From Heptranchias perlo (Eukaryota), in the NCBI RefSeq assembly GCF_035084215.1, contig NW_027139436.1:1-64000 (forward strand): DNA of 64,000 nucleotides. The letters run 5' to 3'. Below, piece by piece: positions 34,689-48,240 of the stretch; position 1 is the stretch's first letter; every line of letters begins with the position of its first letter. The notes under the pieces are model-generated. The model saw only the letters and a program-made list of their open reading frames with translations. It ran no database searches and had not been told where the DNA came from. A program made the translations under genes and the position numbers.

Positions 34689-36340
34689 CTGGTCGAGATC
34701 TGGTATTTCTAATCCTGACAGTATTACTGGTCTAGATCTGGTATTTCTAATCCTGACAGTATTGCTGGTCCAGATCTGGTATTTCTAATCCTGGCAGTGT
34801 TGCTGGTCTAGATCTGGTATTTCTAATCCTGACAGTGTTACTGGTCTAGATCTGGTATTTCTAATCCTGACAGTATTACTGGTCTAGATCTGGTATTTCT
34901 AATCCTGACAGTATTACTGGTCGAGATCTGGTATTTCTAATCCTGACAGTGTTACTGGTCTAGATCTGGTATTTCTAATCCTGACAGTGTTACTGGTCCA
35001 GATCTGGTATTTATAATCCTGACAGTATTACTGGTCGAGATCTGGTATTTCTAATCCTGACAGTGTTACTGGTCTAGATCTGGTATTTCTAATCCTGACA
35101 GTATTACTGGTCTAGATCTGGTATTTCTAATCCTGACAGTATTACTGGTCTAGATCTGGTATTTCTAATCCTGACAGTATTACTGGTCTAGATCTGGTAT
35201 TTCTAATCCTGGCAGTATTACTGGTCCAGATCTGGTATTTCTAATCCTGACAGTATTACTGGTCTAGATCTGGTATTTCTAATCCTGACAGTATTACTGG
35301 TCTAGATCTGGTATTTCTAATCCTGACAGTATTACTGGTCCAGATCTGGTATTTCTAATCCTGACACTGTTACTGGTCTAGATCTGGTATTTCTAATCCT
35401 GACAGTATTACTGGTCCAGATCTGGTATTTCTAATCCTGACAGTATTACTGGTCCAGATCTGGTATTTCTAATCCTGACAGTATTACTGGTCCAGATCTG
35501 GTATTTCTAATCCTGACAGTGTTACTGGTCTAGATCTGGTATTTCTAATCCTGACAGTATTACTGGTCTAGATCTGGTATTTCTAATCCTGACAGTATTA
35601 CTGGTCCAGATCTGGTATTTCTAATCCTGACAGTATTACTGGTCTAGATCTGGTATTTCTAATCCTGACAGTATTACTGGTCCAGATCTGGTATTTCTAA
35701 TCCTGACAGTATTACTGGTCTTGATCTGGTATTTCTAATCCTGACAGTGTTACTGGTCTAGATCTGGTATTTCTAATCCTGACAGTATTACTGGTCTAGA
35801 TCTGGTATTTCTAATCCTGACAGTATTACTGGTCCAGATCTGGTATTTCTAATCCTGACAGTATTACTGGTCTAGATCTGGTATTTCCAATCCTGACAGT
35901 ATTACTGGTCCAGATCTGGTATTTCTAATCCTGACAGTGTTACTGGTCCAGATCTGGTATTTCTAATCCTGACAGTGTTACTGGTCTAGATCTGGTATTT
36001 CTAATCCTGACAGTATTACTGGTCCAGATCTGGTATTTCTAATCCTGACAGTATTACTGGTCCAGATCTGGTATTTCTAATCCTGACAGTATTACTGGTC
36101 TGGATCTGGTATTTCTAATCCTGACAGTATTACTGGTCTGGATCTGGTATTTCTAATCCTGACAGTATTACTGGTCTAGATCTGGTATTTCTAATCCTGA
36201 CAGTGTTACTGGTCTGGATCTGGTATTTCTAATCCTGACAGTGTTACTGGTCTCGATCTGGTATTTCTAATCCTGACAGTGTCACTGGTCGAGATCTGGT
36301 ATTTCTAATCCTGACAGTGTTACTGGTCTAGATCTGGTAT
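34689..36340 (+). repeat. 38-bp minisatellite
   Basis: CTGGTCTAGATCTGGTATTTCTAATCCTGACAGTATTA, about 43 copies. Confidence 0.95.
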
Positions 36341-36358
36341 CAATTCTGTGAACAGCGA

Positions 36359-36908
36359 GATATCTGTACACTGACTGGTGTCTCTCAGTCCCTCTCTCTC
36401 AGGGTGATATCTGTACACTGACTGGTGTCTCTCAGTCCCTCTCTCTCAGGGTGATATCTGTACACTGACTGGTGTCTCTCAGTCCCTCCCTCAGGGTGAT
36501 ATCTGTACACTGACTGGTGTCTCTCAGTCCCTCTCTCTCAGGGTGATATCTGTACACTGACTGGTGTCTCTCAGTCCCTCTCCCTCAGGGTGATATCTGT
36601 ACACTGACTGGTGTCTCTCAGTCCCTCTCTCTCAGGGTGATATCTGTACACTGACTGGTGTCTCTCAGTCCCTCTCTCTCAGGGTGATATCTGTACACTG
36701 ACTGGTGTCTCTCAGTCCCTCTCTCTCAGGGTGATATCTGGACACTGACTGGTGTCTCTCAGTCCCTCTCTCTCAGGGTGATATCTGTGCACTGACTGGT
36801 GTCTCTCAGTCCCTCTCTCTCAGGGTGATATCTGTACACTGACTGGTGTCTCTCAGTCCCTCTCTCTCAGGATGATATCTGTGCACTGACTGGTGTCTCT
36901 CAGTCCCT
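36359..36908 (+). repeat. 47-bp minisatellite
   Basis: GATATCTGTACACTGACTGGTGTCTCTCAGTCCCTCTCTCTCAGGGT, about 12 copies. Confidence 0.95.
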
Positions 36909-36917
36909 TCTTTGCAT

Positions 36918-37150
36918 GGTGTTACTAATGCGGCCAACACAATGGCTGTATGGGGAGAGTCCACCGTGTGAGGCCACCCCACCCTGTATCGTACAGAATG
37001 TATTCGGAGATATGCTCTGTGTTTTAAATTGTAATATTTGGAATCGTATTGTTTACGATCCGTGTTGTATTGTTTTGAAATGTGTGGCCTTGGAATTGTG
37101 GTGTCTTTAAATTTGATGAAATAAAGTATATTTTGAAATATTAAAATAAA
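36918..37150 (+). mobile_element. Tx1/L1-clade LINE extreme 3' end
   Basis: Matches 4005-4212 (CACCGTGTGAGGCCACCCCACCCTGTATCGTACAGAATG...). Confidence 0.8.
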
Positions 37151-37154
37151 TTCC

Positions 37155-37478
37155 GACATCTGATGGTGTTCCTGACGGTGTTTCACTCCTACACTAGATG
37201 CCATTATTGGGACATGTCGTCCTGCCAATGGAAACAGTCTATTGACGGTGACCTTGCCTGTTCATTTGATCATTTTGAACACCTCGATCACATATCCTGG
37301 GTTCCAATTCGAGTCTGACATCGATCCCATCTCAGGTTCAGGGTCTCCACTCCCGTTAAGCAGTCTGGGAATCTTAATATTAAGGCAGTTGATTCCCGCT
37401 GCCCTGGATCGACTCGTCCCACAGTGAGACCCGGGGATGGAACAGTGATCTCCCCCTTGTGATCCCCACCCCACACTC
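37155..37478 (+). repeat. Left arm of a ~324-bp near-perfect inverted repeat
   Basis: Reverse complement of 40225-40548; the ORF track shows identical peptides on opposite strands. Confidence 0.9.
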
Positions 37479-37501
37479 TTGTCTTTTCCACCTGGGCCTC
37501 T

Positions 37502-37955
37502 CAGCCTGGGCTCAGTGGGGATCACTCTCACCTCTGAGTCACAAGGTCGTGGGTTCAAGGCCCACTCCAGAGACTTGAGGCCCGAATCTAGGCTGACACT
37601 TCGGTGCAGTGCTGAGGGAGTGCTGCACTGCCGGAGGTGCCATCTTTCGGATGGGACGTTAAACCGAGGCCCTGTCTGCCCCTCTCCGGTGGATAGAAAA
37701 GATCCCACGGCCACTATTGGAAGAAGAGCAGGGGAGTTCTCCCCGGTGTCCTGGGCCAATATTTATCCCTGAACCAATATCATTAAAATAGATTATCTGA
37801 CCATTTTATCTCATTGCTGATTGTGGGATCTTGCTGTGCACAAATTGGCGGCCGCGATTCCTACATTACAACAGTGATTACACTTCAAAAATTAATTAAT
37901 TGTCTGTAAATCACTTTGTTCCTGAGGTTGTGAAAGGCATTGTATGAATGGAAGT
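37502..37955 (+). mobile_element. tRNA-derived SINE
   Basis: A box, B box (GGTTCAAGGCC), core and tail. Confidence 0.8.
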
Positions 37956-38116
37956 TACTGCCAGTTACAGGAAGAGGAGGGGAACTTGGGATCGATTTGT
38001 AAACTCACGGGGAAAGGGCGGGGGAATGGGACTGACTGGATTGGTCTTACAAAGAGCCAGCACGGGCTCGATGGGCAGAATGGCCTCCTTCTGTGCTGTA
38101 ACCATTCGATGATTCT

Positions 38117-38395
38117 ATGAGGGGAGTCAGAGAGACGGTGAGGGGGATCGGAGACACTGTGAGGCGAATCAGAGAGACCGTGAGGGGAATAAGAGAGACT
38201 GTGAGGGGAATCAGAGAGACCGCGAGGGGAATCAGAGAACCCGTGAGGGGAAACGGAGAGACCGCGAGGGGAATCGGAGAGACCGTGAGGGGAATCGGAG
38301 AGACCGTGAGGGGAATCAGAAAGACCGTGAGGGGAATCAGAGAGACCGCGAAGGGAATCAGAGACACCGTGAGGGGAATCAGAGAGACCGTGAGC
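38117..38395 (+). repeat. 21-bp minisatellite between CR1 remnants
   Basis: GTGAGGGGAATCAGAGAGACC, about 13 copies. Confidence 0.9.
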
Positions 38396-39774
38396 GGAAA
38401 CAGCTTTGTTCTTGTTTTTATTTTCACACCAGGCAGCATCTTAATGAATGTTTGCTGCACCGTCTCGATTGCCTCAACACAGTGTGGATCCCCACACTGC
38501 ACACAGTGCTCCGACTGTGGTCTTACTGTCGGTTTATAAAGATTCACCATTTACCCCTCGACCTTGAGATTCCAGCTCGGGACGGACAAACCAAGGAGGA
38601 GGGGCAAACTCCCAGCCCTGCCTGAGGGCTCAGAGTGAGGGAGAGCTGAATTTAAAAAGGCTCCATATTCAGAGAGGGTGTGTTCAGATCCCCAGGGGGT
38701 AACAGGGGGTTTGGGCCCTGAGGCCTGCCCCCAAAAGCATGCAGGAGGAACCAGCTTTATGTGTCTTACCTGCTCAAGGGAGAGGAGACATGGGAGCCCA
38801 CATGGTGCACAGACAGACGGGGACATGTTATGTCATTCCATGGGTGCGGTTCCCTGGTCTAGACGGCCGAGGGACAGGTGGAGACGACCCCGATGGGAGA
38901 ACCCGGAATAAATCTGGAAATAAAAAGTTAGGATCAGGAAAAGTGACCGTGGAGCTGTCGGATTATCGTAAAGACCCAACTGCTTCAGGAACTACCTGTG
39001 GGGAACCTGCCGTCCTTCCCCAGTCCGGCCTATACGTGACTCCAGTCCCACACCAACCTGGTTGACCCTTAGCTGCCCTCTGAAGTGGACGAGCAAGATA
39101 TTCATTTGTATGAAACCACGACCAGCGGTTCAAGATGAAGGCCCACCCCCACCTTCTCAGGGCAACTCGAGACGGGCAATAAATGCCGGCCTTGCCCAGC
39201 GGTGCCCCACACCCCAAGAATTAATCAAAGAAACAGAGACTCCTCGACGGCCGGTGGGTAATTTGCTGATCGGGAGTTGTCTCTCCCAGAGACCTGACAA
39301 TAAGTGTTTCATTTGTCTGGGTTTTGGGAAAGACGCCTCTCCCCACATTGTGATCGAAAACCCTTTGATCTCTGTCAGTCTGCGAGAGGGGGGTCTTTTA
39401 ACACAGAGCTTTTAGGAGCGGGACGCAGACACCAAGAGAGGCAGTCAGGCTTTTGGAAACAGAAGGCTGCCCAGTCAGGCGGGCAGCCGAGTGCTGCTCG
39501 AAGGTTCAGTGAAGACGGGGAACTGCAGAGAGAGAGGTTCTGCAGAGGAGTTATTCTGTTTGGATCAAGATTCCCCTCCCAGGTGGTGGGAGGACAGTGT
39601 ATTCTCGAGACCCTTTCATCACTCGAATGTGAGCTGGACTGATTGAATGAAGTGACTCTGATTGTCCCTGTTGTTCTGAACATCTCACCCGGCTTTGGAA
39701 TAAAGCAGCAAACAAATCGAACCAAAGTTCACCTCCTCTCACAGTCACTCCCAGGAACTTTCCTTCATACAGAG

Positions 39775-40200
39775 CCTTTCACAAACCTCAGGACCTCCCA
39801 AAGAGCTTTACAGACAATTCAGGATTTTCTGAAGTGCAGTCACTGATGTAATGTAGGAAAGGCGAGAGCCAATTTGCGCACAGCAAGATCCCACAAACAG
39901 CAATGAGATAAAATGACCAGATAATTTGTCATTCAATGATGTTGGTTGAGGGATAAATATTGGCCCTGGACACCGGGGAGAACTTCCCAGCTCTTCTTCG
40001 AAATAGTCCCATGGGATCTTTTCCACCCACCTGAGAGGGCAGGCGGGGCCTCGGTTTAACGTCTCACCCGAAGGACGGCACCTCCGACAGTGCAGCTCTC
40101 CCTCAGTGAGTGTCAGCTGGGATCAAGTCTCTGGAATGGGGTTTGAACCCACGACCTTTCTGACTCCGAGGCGAGAGTGATCCCCACTGAGCCCAGGCTC
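39775..40200 (-). mobile_element. tRNA-derived SINE
   Basis: Reverse-complement copy of the same family. Confidence 0.8.
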
Positions 40201-40224
40201 AGGAGATCCAGGCGCAGAAGACAT

Positions 40225-40548
40225 GAGTGTGGGGTGGGGATCACAAGGGGGAGATCACTGTTCCATCCCCGGGTCTCACTGTGGGACGAGTCGATCCAGG
40301 GCAGCGGGAATCAACTGCCTTAATATTAAGATTCCCAGACTGCTTAACGGGAGTGGAGACCCTGAACCTGAGATGGGATCGATGTCAGACTCGAATTGGA
40401 ACCCAGGATATGTGATCGAGGTGTTCAAAATGATCAAATGAACAGGCAAGGTCACCGTCAATAGACTGTTTCCATTGGCAGGACGACATGTCCCAATAAT
40501 GGCATCTAGTGTAGGAGTGAAACACCGTCAGGAACACCATCTGATGTC
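40225..40548 (-). repeat. Right arm of the ~324-bp inverted repeat
   Basis: See 37155-37478. Confidence 0.9.
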
Positions 40549-40554
40549 AGAATA

Positions 40555-40955
40555 ACACACCCGCACTAAACACCATCGAAAGTATTAGTACTATACCTGC
40601 AGCAGTAACAGCACCAGGTGTACGTGTATCACACCCACACTAGTAACACCATGTGAAGTATTAGTACTATACCTGCAGCAGTAACAGCACCAGGTGTCCG
40701 TGTATCACACCCACACCAGTAACACCATGTGAAGTATTAGTAATATACCTGCAGCAGTAACAGCACCGGGTGTACGTGTATCACACCCACACCAGTAACA
40801 CCATGTGAAGTATTAGTACTATACCTGCAGCAGTAACAGCACCGGGTGTACGTGTATCACACCCACACCAGTAACACCATGTGAAGTATTAGTACTATAC
40901 CTGCAGCAGTAACAGCACCAGGTGTCCGTGTATCACACCCACACCAGTAACACTG
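40555..40955 (+). repeat. 76-bp minisatellite
   Basis: About 5 copies of AACACCATGTGAAGTATTAGTACTATACCTGCAGCAGTAACAGCACC... Confidence 0.9.
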
Positions 40956-42734
40956 TATAAAGGAGGGGAGTTGATCTCATTCCCTGTGACGGGCTCTGAT
41001 CCGAGATCCCCTCACTTGACCTGGGCCACATTCAGCGAAATGTTATTCTAATTGAAATGGATGAAGAGAAACGATGGCCGTACTTACTGAGCCTGAGATT
41101 TGATTCCCTGCTGCTGCTGCTCCCCGATACCGGGCACCTCTCGGCCTGCACCATTGCCTCAACATGTGGAGCCAATGACTTGGGCCTGAGGCCTGTCTTG
41201 GGTAAAAACCCCAGGGCCACTTGTCACCACACAACTCTGGGCCCAAACCACTGACCTGCTTCTCATCTTTTTCTCAGCTCTTTCTTTCTTTCTCAGCCTT
41301 CCTGTTTCTGCTCCTTTTTATTTAATGAGGGGGTGGGGTGGGACGGGGGAGGGGGTGAAGAGGGGCCTCTCCCCCTCAAACACCCTCTGCTTTTCCCCTC
41401 CTCCCTTTTCCTGATGGATTGAGGTGATTTTAAAAGGTGTTCAACTGCGGGGCGGAGGAGCCCGAGTGAGTGAAGGTGAGTGAAGGATGGGCTTCGCGAG
41501 CTCGGCCTTCAAACCCCAACAGGAAANNNNNNNNNNNNNNNNNNNNNNNNNNNNNNNNNNNNNNNNNNNNNNNNNNNNNNNNNNNNNNNNNNNNNNNNNN
41601 NNNNNNNNNNNNNNNNNNNNNNNNNNNNNNNNNNNNNNNNNNNNNNNNNNNNNNNNNNNNNNNNNNNNNNNNNNNNNNNNNNNNNNNNNNNNNNNNNNNN
41701 NNNNNNNNNNNNNNNNNNNNNNNNNNNNGGCTGTGATTGGGGGATTGGCGAGCACGAGCGGGGTGGGGGGAGAGAGAGAGAGAGGGAGAGAGAGAGAGGA
41801 AGAGGAAGAGACAGGGAGAGGGAGAGGAGGGGGGAGGTTTGTCCCGAACTCAACAGTGGGCGGGGGTCTTTAGCGGGGAGTGGGAAATACCTCAGAGCCC
41901 CGGGAAAGAGTGGCTTCAGAAAGTTCCAGTGATTCAAATTCATGTGTGAAGGTTTCGGGAGTGCGGCCAGAATAATGTCCAGTATTAGTCCAATCCCAGC
42001 AGCAGTCTGTCTGTCTATCTATTTATCTCTCTATCTCGATATCTATCTAACACTCTTCTGTCTATCTCCACCTCTCTCTCTCTATGTAACACCATCAGAT
42101 GTCTGAATAACACACCCACACTAGTAACACCATCTATAGTATTGGTCCTATATCTCCAGCAGTCTATCTATCCCCCACTCTGTCTATCTCCATCTCTCTC
42201 TCTATATATATTGATATATATATTTATAAAATCTCTCTCTCTGTATACTTGAATCATTTTGTGGAACGTTCCCCATTCCAGTCTCACAGTTTCTCCTCCA
42301 GTCTCTGTTCCTGATTTCCAGAGCTGTACAGGGGGCTCAGAACCAGGAGGGGCTCCGTTAGATTTTACTGACCGGCCCCCGAACACAGCTCAGTGGGTTT
42401 GCTCACAGAACCGGTCTGCTGCTCCGTTTGAGATAAACAGCAGAAGAGCCTGTTTAGACCGAGGCCTTATCAGCAACACGCAGCGACACACACCCAGAAC
42501 TAAACTCACCCCGTCAGCAATGATTGATGGAAACCGCACTCAGTGTTTGCTGACTGGGCCGGGTCCACATCCAGCAAATTGTTTCTGAGCTGAAAGTGTT
42601 CCCCAGCCTTGGATGCCCCTCCCCTGTGTTTCCCATCCTGTTGCCTCCTTCACTGTTTACCCCACACCTCAGTCAGGCCGTGTTGGGAAGTCTTGCCCAG
42701 AACAACCCAAGGCTGCCCCGAGCTCGACTAACCA

Positions 42735-43505
42735 GCGAGTGATTCATTTTGGTCGGAAGAGTGAGGAGAGGCAACATGAACGAAATGGTCCAATTTTAAA
42801 GGGGGTGCAGGAACAGAGAGACCTGGGGGGGGGTGTACACAAATCTTTGAAGGTGGCAGGACAAGTTGAGAAGGCTGTTAAAAAGACAGACGGGATCCTG
42901 GGCTTTATAACTCGAGGCATAGAGTACAAAAGCAAGGAAGTTATGCTGAACCTTTATAAAACACTGGTTAGGGCCCCAGCTGGAGTATTGTGACCAATTC
43001 TGGGCCCCACACTTTAGGAAGGATGTCAAGGCCTTGGAGAGGGTGCAGAGGAGATTTACTAGAATGGTTCCAGGGATGAGGGGCTTCAGTGATGTGGAGA
43101 GACTGGAGAAACTGGGGTTGTTCTCCTGAGAGCAGAGAAGGTTAAGGGGAGATTTGATCGAGGTGTTCAAAATCATGAAGGGTTTTAACAGAGTAAATAA
43201 GGTAACCAGAGGACACAGATTTACGGTAATCGGTAAAAGAACCAGAGGGGGAGATGAGGAAACATTTTTTTACGCAGCGAGTTGTGATGATCTGGAATTC
43301 ACGGCCTGAAAGGGCGGTGGAAGCAGATTCAATAATAACTTTCAAAAGGGAATTGGATAAATACTTGAAGGGGGAAAATTTGCAGGGCTACGGGGGAAAG
43401 AGCAGGGGGAGTGGGACTGATTGGATCGCTCGTCCAAAGAGCCAGCACAGGCACGATGGTCCGAATGGCCTCTCCCAGTGCTGTATCATTCTCTGATTCT
43501 ATGAT
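42735..43505 (+). mobile_element. CR1-clade LINE 3' portion, frameshifted
   Basis: VIHFGRK...EQRDLG..VHKSLKVAGQVEKAVKK...GILGFITRGIEYKSKEVMLNLYKTLVR; ends in an (ATTCT)-type tail. Confidence 0.9.
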
Positions 43506-43814
43506 GTGGTTTAAGGAGTGTGTGTGGAACAGTTCAATGACCGTCCGTTCCCAAGTGTGTTTCCCAAGGGTTCCATTCTGATCTCTCCAGTCGTAGCCAG
43601 AGAATCACCTGCAATGGCGTCTCTTCCCACCCCCACACCGTTACCTCTGGAGTCCCCCAAGGATCTACCCTTGGCCCCCTCCCATTTCTCATCTACATGC
43701 TGCCCCTCGGTGATATCATCCGAAGACATGACATCAGGTTCCACATGTAAACTGACGATACCCAGCTCGACCTCACCACCACCTCTCGACTCCTTCTATA
43801 CTCTGGATCGGACC

Positions 43815-45645
43815 TGTGCTGTACCTGCCCTGGGAGTGTTTGATGGGACAGTGTAGAGGGAGCTTTACTCTGTATCTAACCCGTGCTGTACCTGCCCTGG
43901 GAGTGTTTGATGGGACAGTGTAGAGGGAGCTTTACTCTGGAGCAAACCCGTGCCGTACCTGCCCTGGGAGTGTTTGATGGGACAGTGTAGAGGGAGCTTT
44001 ACGCTGTATCTCACCCGTGCTGTACCTGCCCTGGGAGTGTTTGATGGGACAGTGTAGAGGGAGCTTTACGCTGTATCTCACCCGTGCCGTACCTGCCCTG
44101 GGAGTGTTTGATGGGACAGTGTAGAGGGAGCTTTACTCTGTATCTAACCCGTGCTGCATCTGACCTGGGAATGTTTAATGGGGCATTGTAGATGGAGCTT
44201 TACTCTATATCTAACACGTACTGTACCTGCCCTGGGAGTGTTTTACGGGACAATGTAGAGGGAGCTTTACTCTGTATCTAACCCGTGCTGCACCTGTCCT
44301 GGGATTGTTTGATGGGACAGTGTAGAGGGAGATGTGCTCTGTTTCTAACCCGTGCTGTACCTGCCCTGGGAATGTTTGATGGGTCAGTGCAGAGGGAGCT
44401 TTACTTTATATCTAACCCGTGCTGCAACTGCCCTGGGAGTGTATGATGGGTCAGTGTACAGGGAACTTTCCTCTGTATTTAACCCATGCTGTCACTGCCC
44501 TGGGAGTGTTTGATGGGACAGTGTTGGGGGAGCTTTACTCTGTATCTCACCCTGTACCTGCCCTGGGAGTGTTTGATGGGACAGTGTAGAGGGAGCTTTA
44601 CTCCGTATCTAACTCGTGCTGTACCTGCCCTGGGAGTGTTTGATGGGACAGTGTAGAGGGAGCTTTACTCTGTATCTAACCCGTGCTGTTGCTTCCCTGG
44701 GACAATTTGATGTTTGTAAACAATTTTACAACACCAAGTTACAGTCCAACAATTTTATTTTAAAATCCACAAGCTTTCGGAGGCTTCCTCCCTCCTCAGG
44801 TGAATGTGGGACTGAAATCACATTCACCTGAGGAAGGAGGAAGCCTCCGAAAGCTTGTGGATTTTAAAATAAAATTGTAGGACTGCAACTTGGTGTTGTA
44901 AAATTGTTTACAATTTTCAACCCCAGTCCATCACCGGCATCTCCACATCACAATTTGACGGGACAGAGTCGCGGGAGCTTCTCTGTATCTGACCCGTGCT
45001 GCACCTGCCCTGGGAGTGTTTGATGGGACAGTGTAGAGGGAGCTTTACTCTGTATCTAACTCGTGCTGTACCTGCCCTGAGAGTGTTTGACGGGACAGTG
45101 TAGAGGGAGCTTTACTCTGTATCTAACTCGTGCTGTACCTGCCCTGGGAGTGTTTGATGGGACAGTGTCGAGGGAGCTTTACTCTGTATCTCACCCGTGC
45201 TGCACCTGCCCTGGGAGTGTTTGATGGGACAGTGTAGAGGGAGATTTGCTCTGTATCTAACCCGTGCTGTTCCTGCCCTGGGAGTGTTTGATGGGACAGT
45301 GTAGAGGGAGCTTTACTCTGTATCTAACCCGTGCTGTTCCTGCCCTGGGAGTGTTTGATGGGACAGTGTAGAGGGAGCTTTACTCTGTATCTAATTCGTG
45401 CTGTACCTGCCCTGGGAGTGTTTGATGGGACAGTGTAGAGGGAGCTTTACTCTGTATCTCACCCGTGCTGTACCTGCCCTGGGAGTGTTTGATGGGACAG
45501 TGTAGAGGGAGCTTTACTCTGGATCTAACCCGTGCTGGACCTGCCCTGGGAGTGTTTGATGGGACAGTGTAGAGGGAGCTTTACTCTGTATCTAACCCGT
45601 GCTGTACCTGCCCTGGGAGTGTTTGATGGGACAGTGTTGAGGGAG
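43815..45645 (+). repeat. 67-bp minisatellite array interrupted by a foldback element
   Basis: More than 20 copies. Confidence 0.95.
44714..44950 (+). mobile_element. Penelope-like terminal (foldback) element, copy 2, with hammerhead motifs at ~44766-44804 (-) and 44823-44861 (+)
   Basis: Arms at 44714-44808 and 44819-44913, extension at 44914-44950; CAATTTGA present on both flanks. Confidence 0.7.
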
Positions 45646-46029
45646 TGGATGAAATGTGTAATATTTGCTTGATGTGTAACAGACAACTGGCAGGTTTAGG
45701 TGTTGGAATTAACCCTGAATGAAAGCTTGAGAAGCTTCTCACTCTCCAGCCCTTGGTTTACTCGAAGCACAGTGACTATTTGTTATTACCAGTTGACAGA
45801 TGTTCGAAACTCAACGATAACATCAAGTCTGGTTGCTTCTCCTTCCACTTCCTCTCAGATTTCACAGCCAGGCTTATTCTGAGCAGGGGGACCTCCCACA
45901 GGGACCTTGTTGCTAAAAAGAATAAGCAGGCGGCTTTAGATATGGAAATACAGTTGTGATTTTGTCCATTGCACCAATAAACAGGTTTATATTTACTGAA
46001 AGGAGCCAGACTCTCAGAACAAAAACTTT

Positions 46030-46419
46030 ATTGAAATTTTAAAATATACTTTATTTTATAGAATTTAAAGATACTCAGTTCAATGCAAATATCACAATTC
46101 CAAACCAGTACAATTCAAACTAATACAATACAGATCGTACACAATACGATCCCAATGTTACAATTCAAACACAGTCCATTTCTTATGATTCATGGTGTAC
46201 GATACAGGGTGGGGTGGCCTCACACGGTGGCCTCTCCCCATACAGCCGTTGCGTAGGCCGCACCTCGCCTCAGTGCATCCCGCAGCACGTACTCCTGGAC
46301 CTTGGAGTGTGCCAGTCGGCAACACTCGGTCGTGGACAGCTCCTTCAGCTGGAAGGCCAGCAGGTTTCGGACGGGCCAAAGGGCCTCCTTCACCGAGTTA
46401 ATGGTCTTCCAGCCGCAGG
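46030..46419 (-). mobile_element. Tx1/L1-clade LINE 3' end
   Basis: TCGWKTINSVKEALWPVRNLL...KVQEYVLRDALRRG; homologous to 3847-4047. Confidence 0.85.
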
Positions 46420-46514
46420 TGCGGATAAGAAATTGGGTTATTGTGCAGCAAATTTTACTCTTCACAGTGTGAGGGTGTTGGTCAGTTTATCAAAATAACG
46501 GACCGGAGAATTCA

Positions 46515-47830
46515 ACATAAACACAGTTACAGTGTGGGAATACACAGAGTGAGGGAACTGTACATAAACACAGTTACAGTGTGGGAATACACAGAGTGAG
46601 GGAACTGTACATAAACACAGTTACAGTGTGGGAATACACAGAGTGAGGGAACTGTACATTAACACAGTTACAGTGTGGGAATACACAGAGTGAGGGAATT
46701 GTACATAAACACAGTTACAGTGTGGGAATACACAGAGTGAGGGAACTGTACATAAACACAGTTACAGTGTGGGAATACACAGAGTGAGGGAACTGTACAT
46801 AAACACAGTTACAGTGTGGGAATACACAGAGTGAGGGAATTGTACATAAACACAGTTACAGTGTGGGAATAAACAGAGTGAGGGAATTGTACATAAACAC
46901 AGTTACAGTGTGGGAATACACAGAGTGAGGGAATTGTACATAAACACAGTTACAGTGTGGGAATAAACAGAGTGAGGGAACTGTACATAAACACAGTTAC
47001 AGTGTGGGAATACACAGAGTGAGGGAATTGTACATAAACACAGTTACAGTGTGGGAATAAACAGAGTGAGGGAATTGTACATAAACACAGTTACAGTGTG
47101 GGAATACACAGAGTGAGGGAATTGTACATAAACACAGTTACAGTGTGGGAATAAACAGAGTGAGGGAACTGTACATAAACACAGTTACAGTGTGGGAATA
47201 CACAGAGTGAGGGAATTGTACATAAACACAGTTACAGTGTGGGAATAAACAGAGTGAGGGAACTGTACATAAACACAGTTACAGTGTGGGAATACACAGA
47301 GTGAGGGAACTGTACATAAACACAGTTACAGTGTGGGAATACACAGAGTGAGGGAACTGTACATAAACACAGTTACAGTGTGGGAATACACAGAGTGAGG
47401 GAACTGTTCATAAACACAGTTACAGTGTGGGAATACACAGAGTGAGGGAACTGTACATAAACACAGTTACAGTGTGGGAATACACAGAGTGAGGGAACTG
47501 TTCATAAACACAGTTACAGTGTGGGAATACACAGAGTGAGGGAACTGTACATAAACACAGTTACAGTGTGGGAATACACAGAGTGAGGGAACTGTACATA
47601 AACACAGTTGCAGTGTGGGAATACACAGAGTGAGGGAACTGTTCATAAACACAGTTACAGTGTGGGACTGTACACAGAGTGAGGGAACTGTACATAAACA
47701 CAGTTACAGTGTGGGAATACACAGAGTGAGGGAACTGTACATAAACACAGTTACAGTGTGGGAATACACAGAGTGAGGGAACTGTATATAAACACAGTTA
47801 CAGTGTGGGACTGTAAACAGAGTGAGGGAA
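46515..47830 (+). repeat. 47-bp minisatellite
   Basis: ACAGTTACAGTGTGGGAATACACAGAGTGAGGGAACTGTACATAAAC, about 28 copies. Confidence 0.95.
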
Positions 47831-47839
47831 TTTAATACA

Positions 47840-48240
47840 AAGTCATTTCCTGTCCCTTTCCTATCTTGTATCCCTCTCCAAGGTCTCCTCTCAGACACTT
47901 CACATCCACTCTCAAAAGCCCAAGTCTCTCCAGTCTTTCCTCATTACTCAGACCCGCCCCTGATACTGGGGAGCTGCCTCGAGACTCTTCTCTGTGCTGC
48001 CTCCAGCAGTCGATTGTCTCCCTGGTATCTCGGTGACCAGAAATTGACCCAGTCCTCAAGGTGCAGTCTGACCAGAACTGGCCCCAGTCCTCAAGGTGCA
48101 GTCTGACCAGAACTGGACCCAGTCCTCAAGGTGCAGTCTGACCAGAACTGGACCCAGTCCTCAAGGTGCAGTCTGACCAGAACTGGACCCAGTCCTCAAG
48201 GTGCAGTCTGACCAGAACTGGACCCAGTCCTCAAGTTGTA
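47840..48240 (-). mobile_element. Decayed CR1 fragment running into ~6 copies of the 35-bp satellite
   Basis: GLSNEERLERLGL...LRGDLGEGYKI on the minus strand; satellite begins at ~48035. Confidence 0.7.

Noticed and set aside
34689-36340. CRISPR-like regular arrays (here and at other 35-49 bp repeats)
   Set aside because: Head-to-tail units without unique spacers, no cas genes, vertebrate context.
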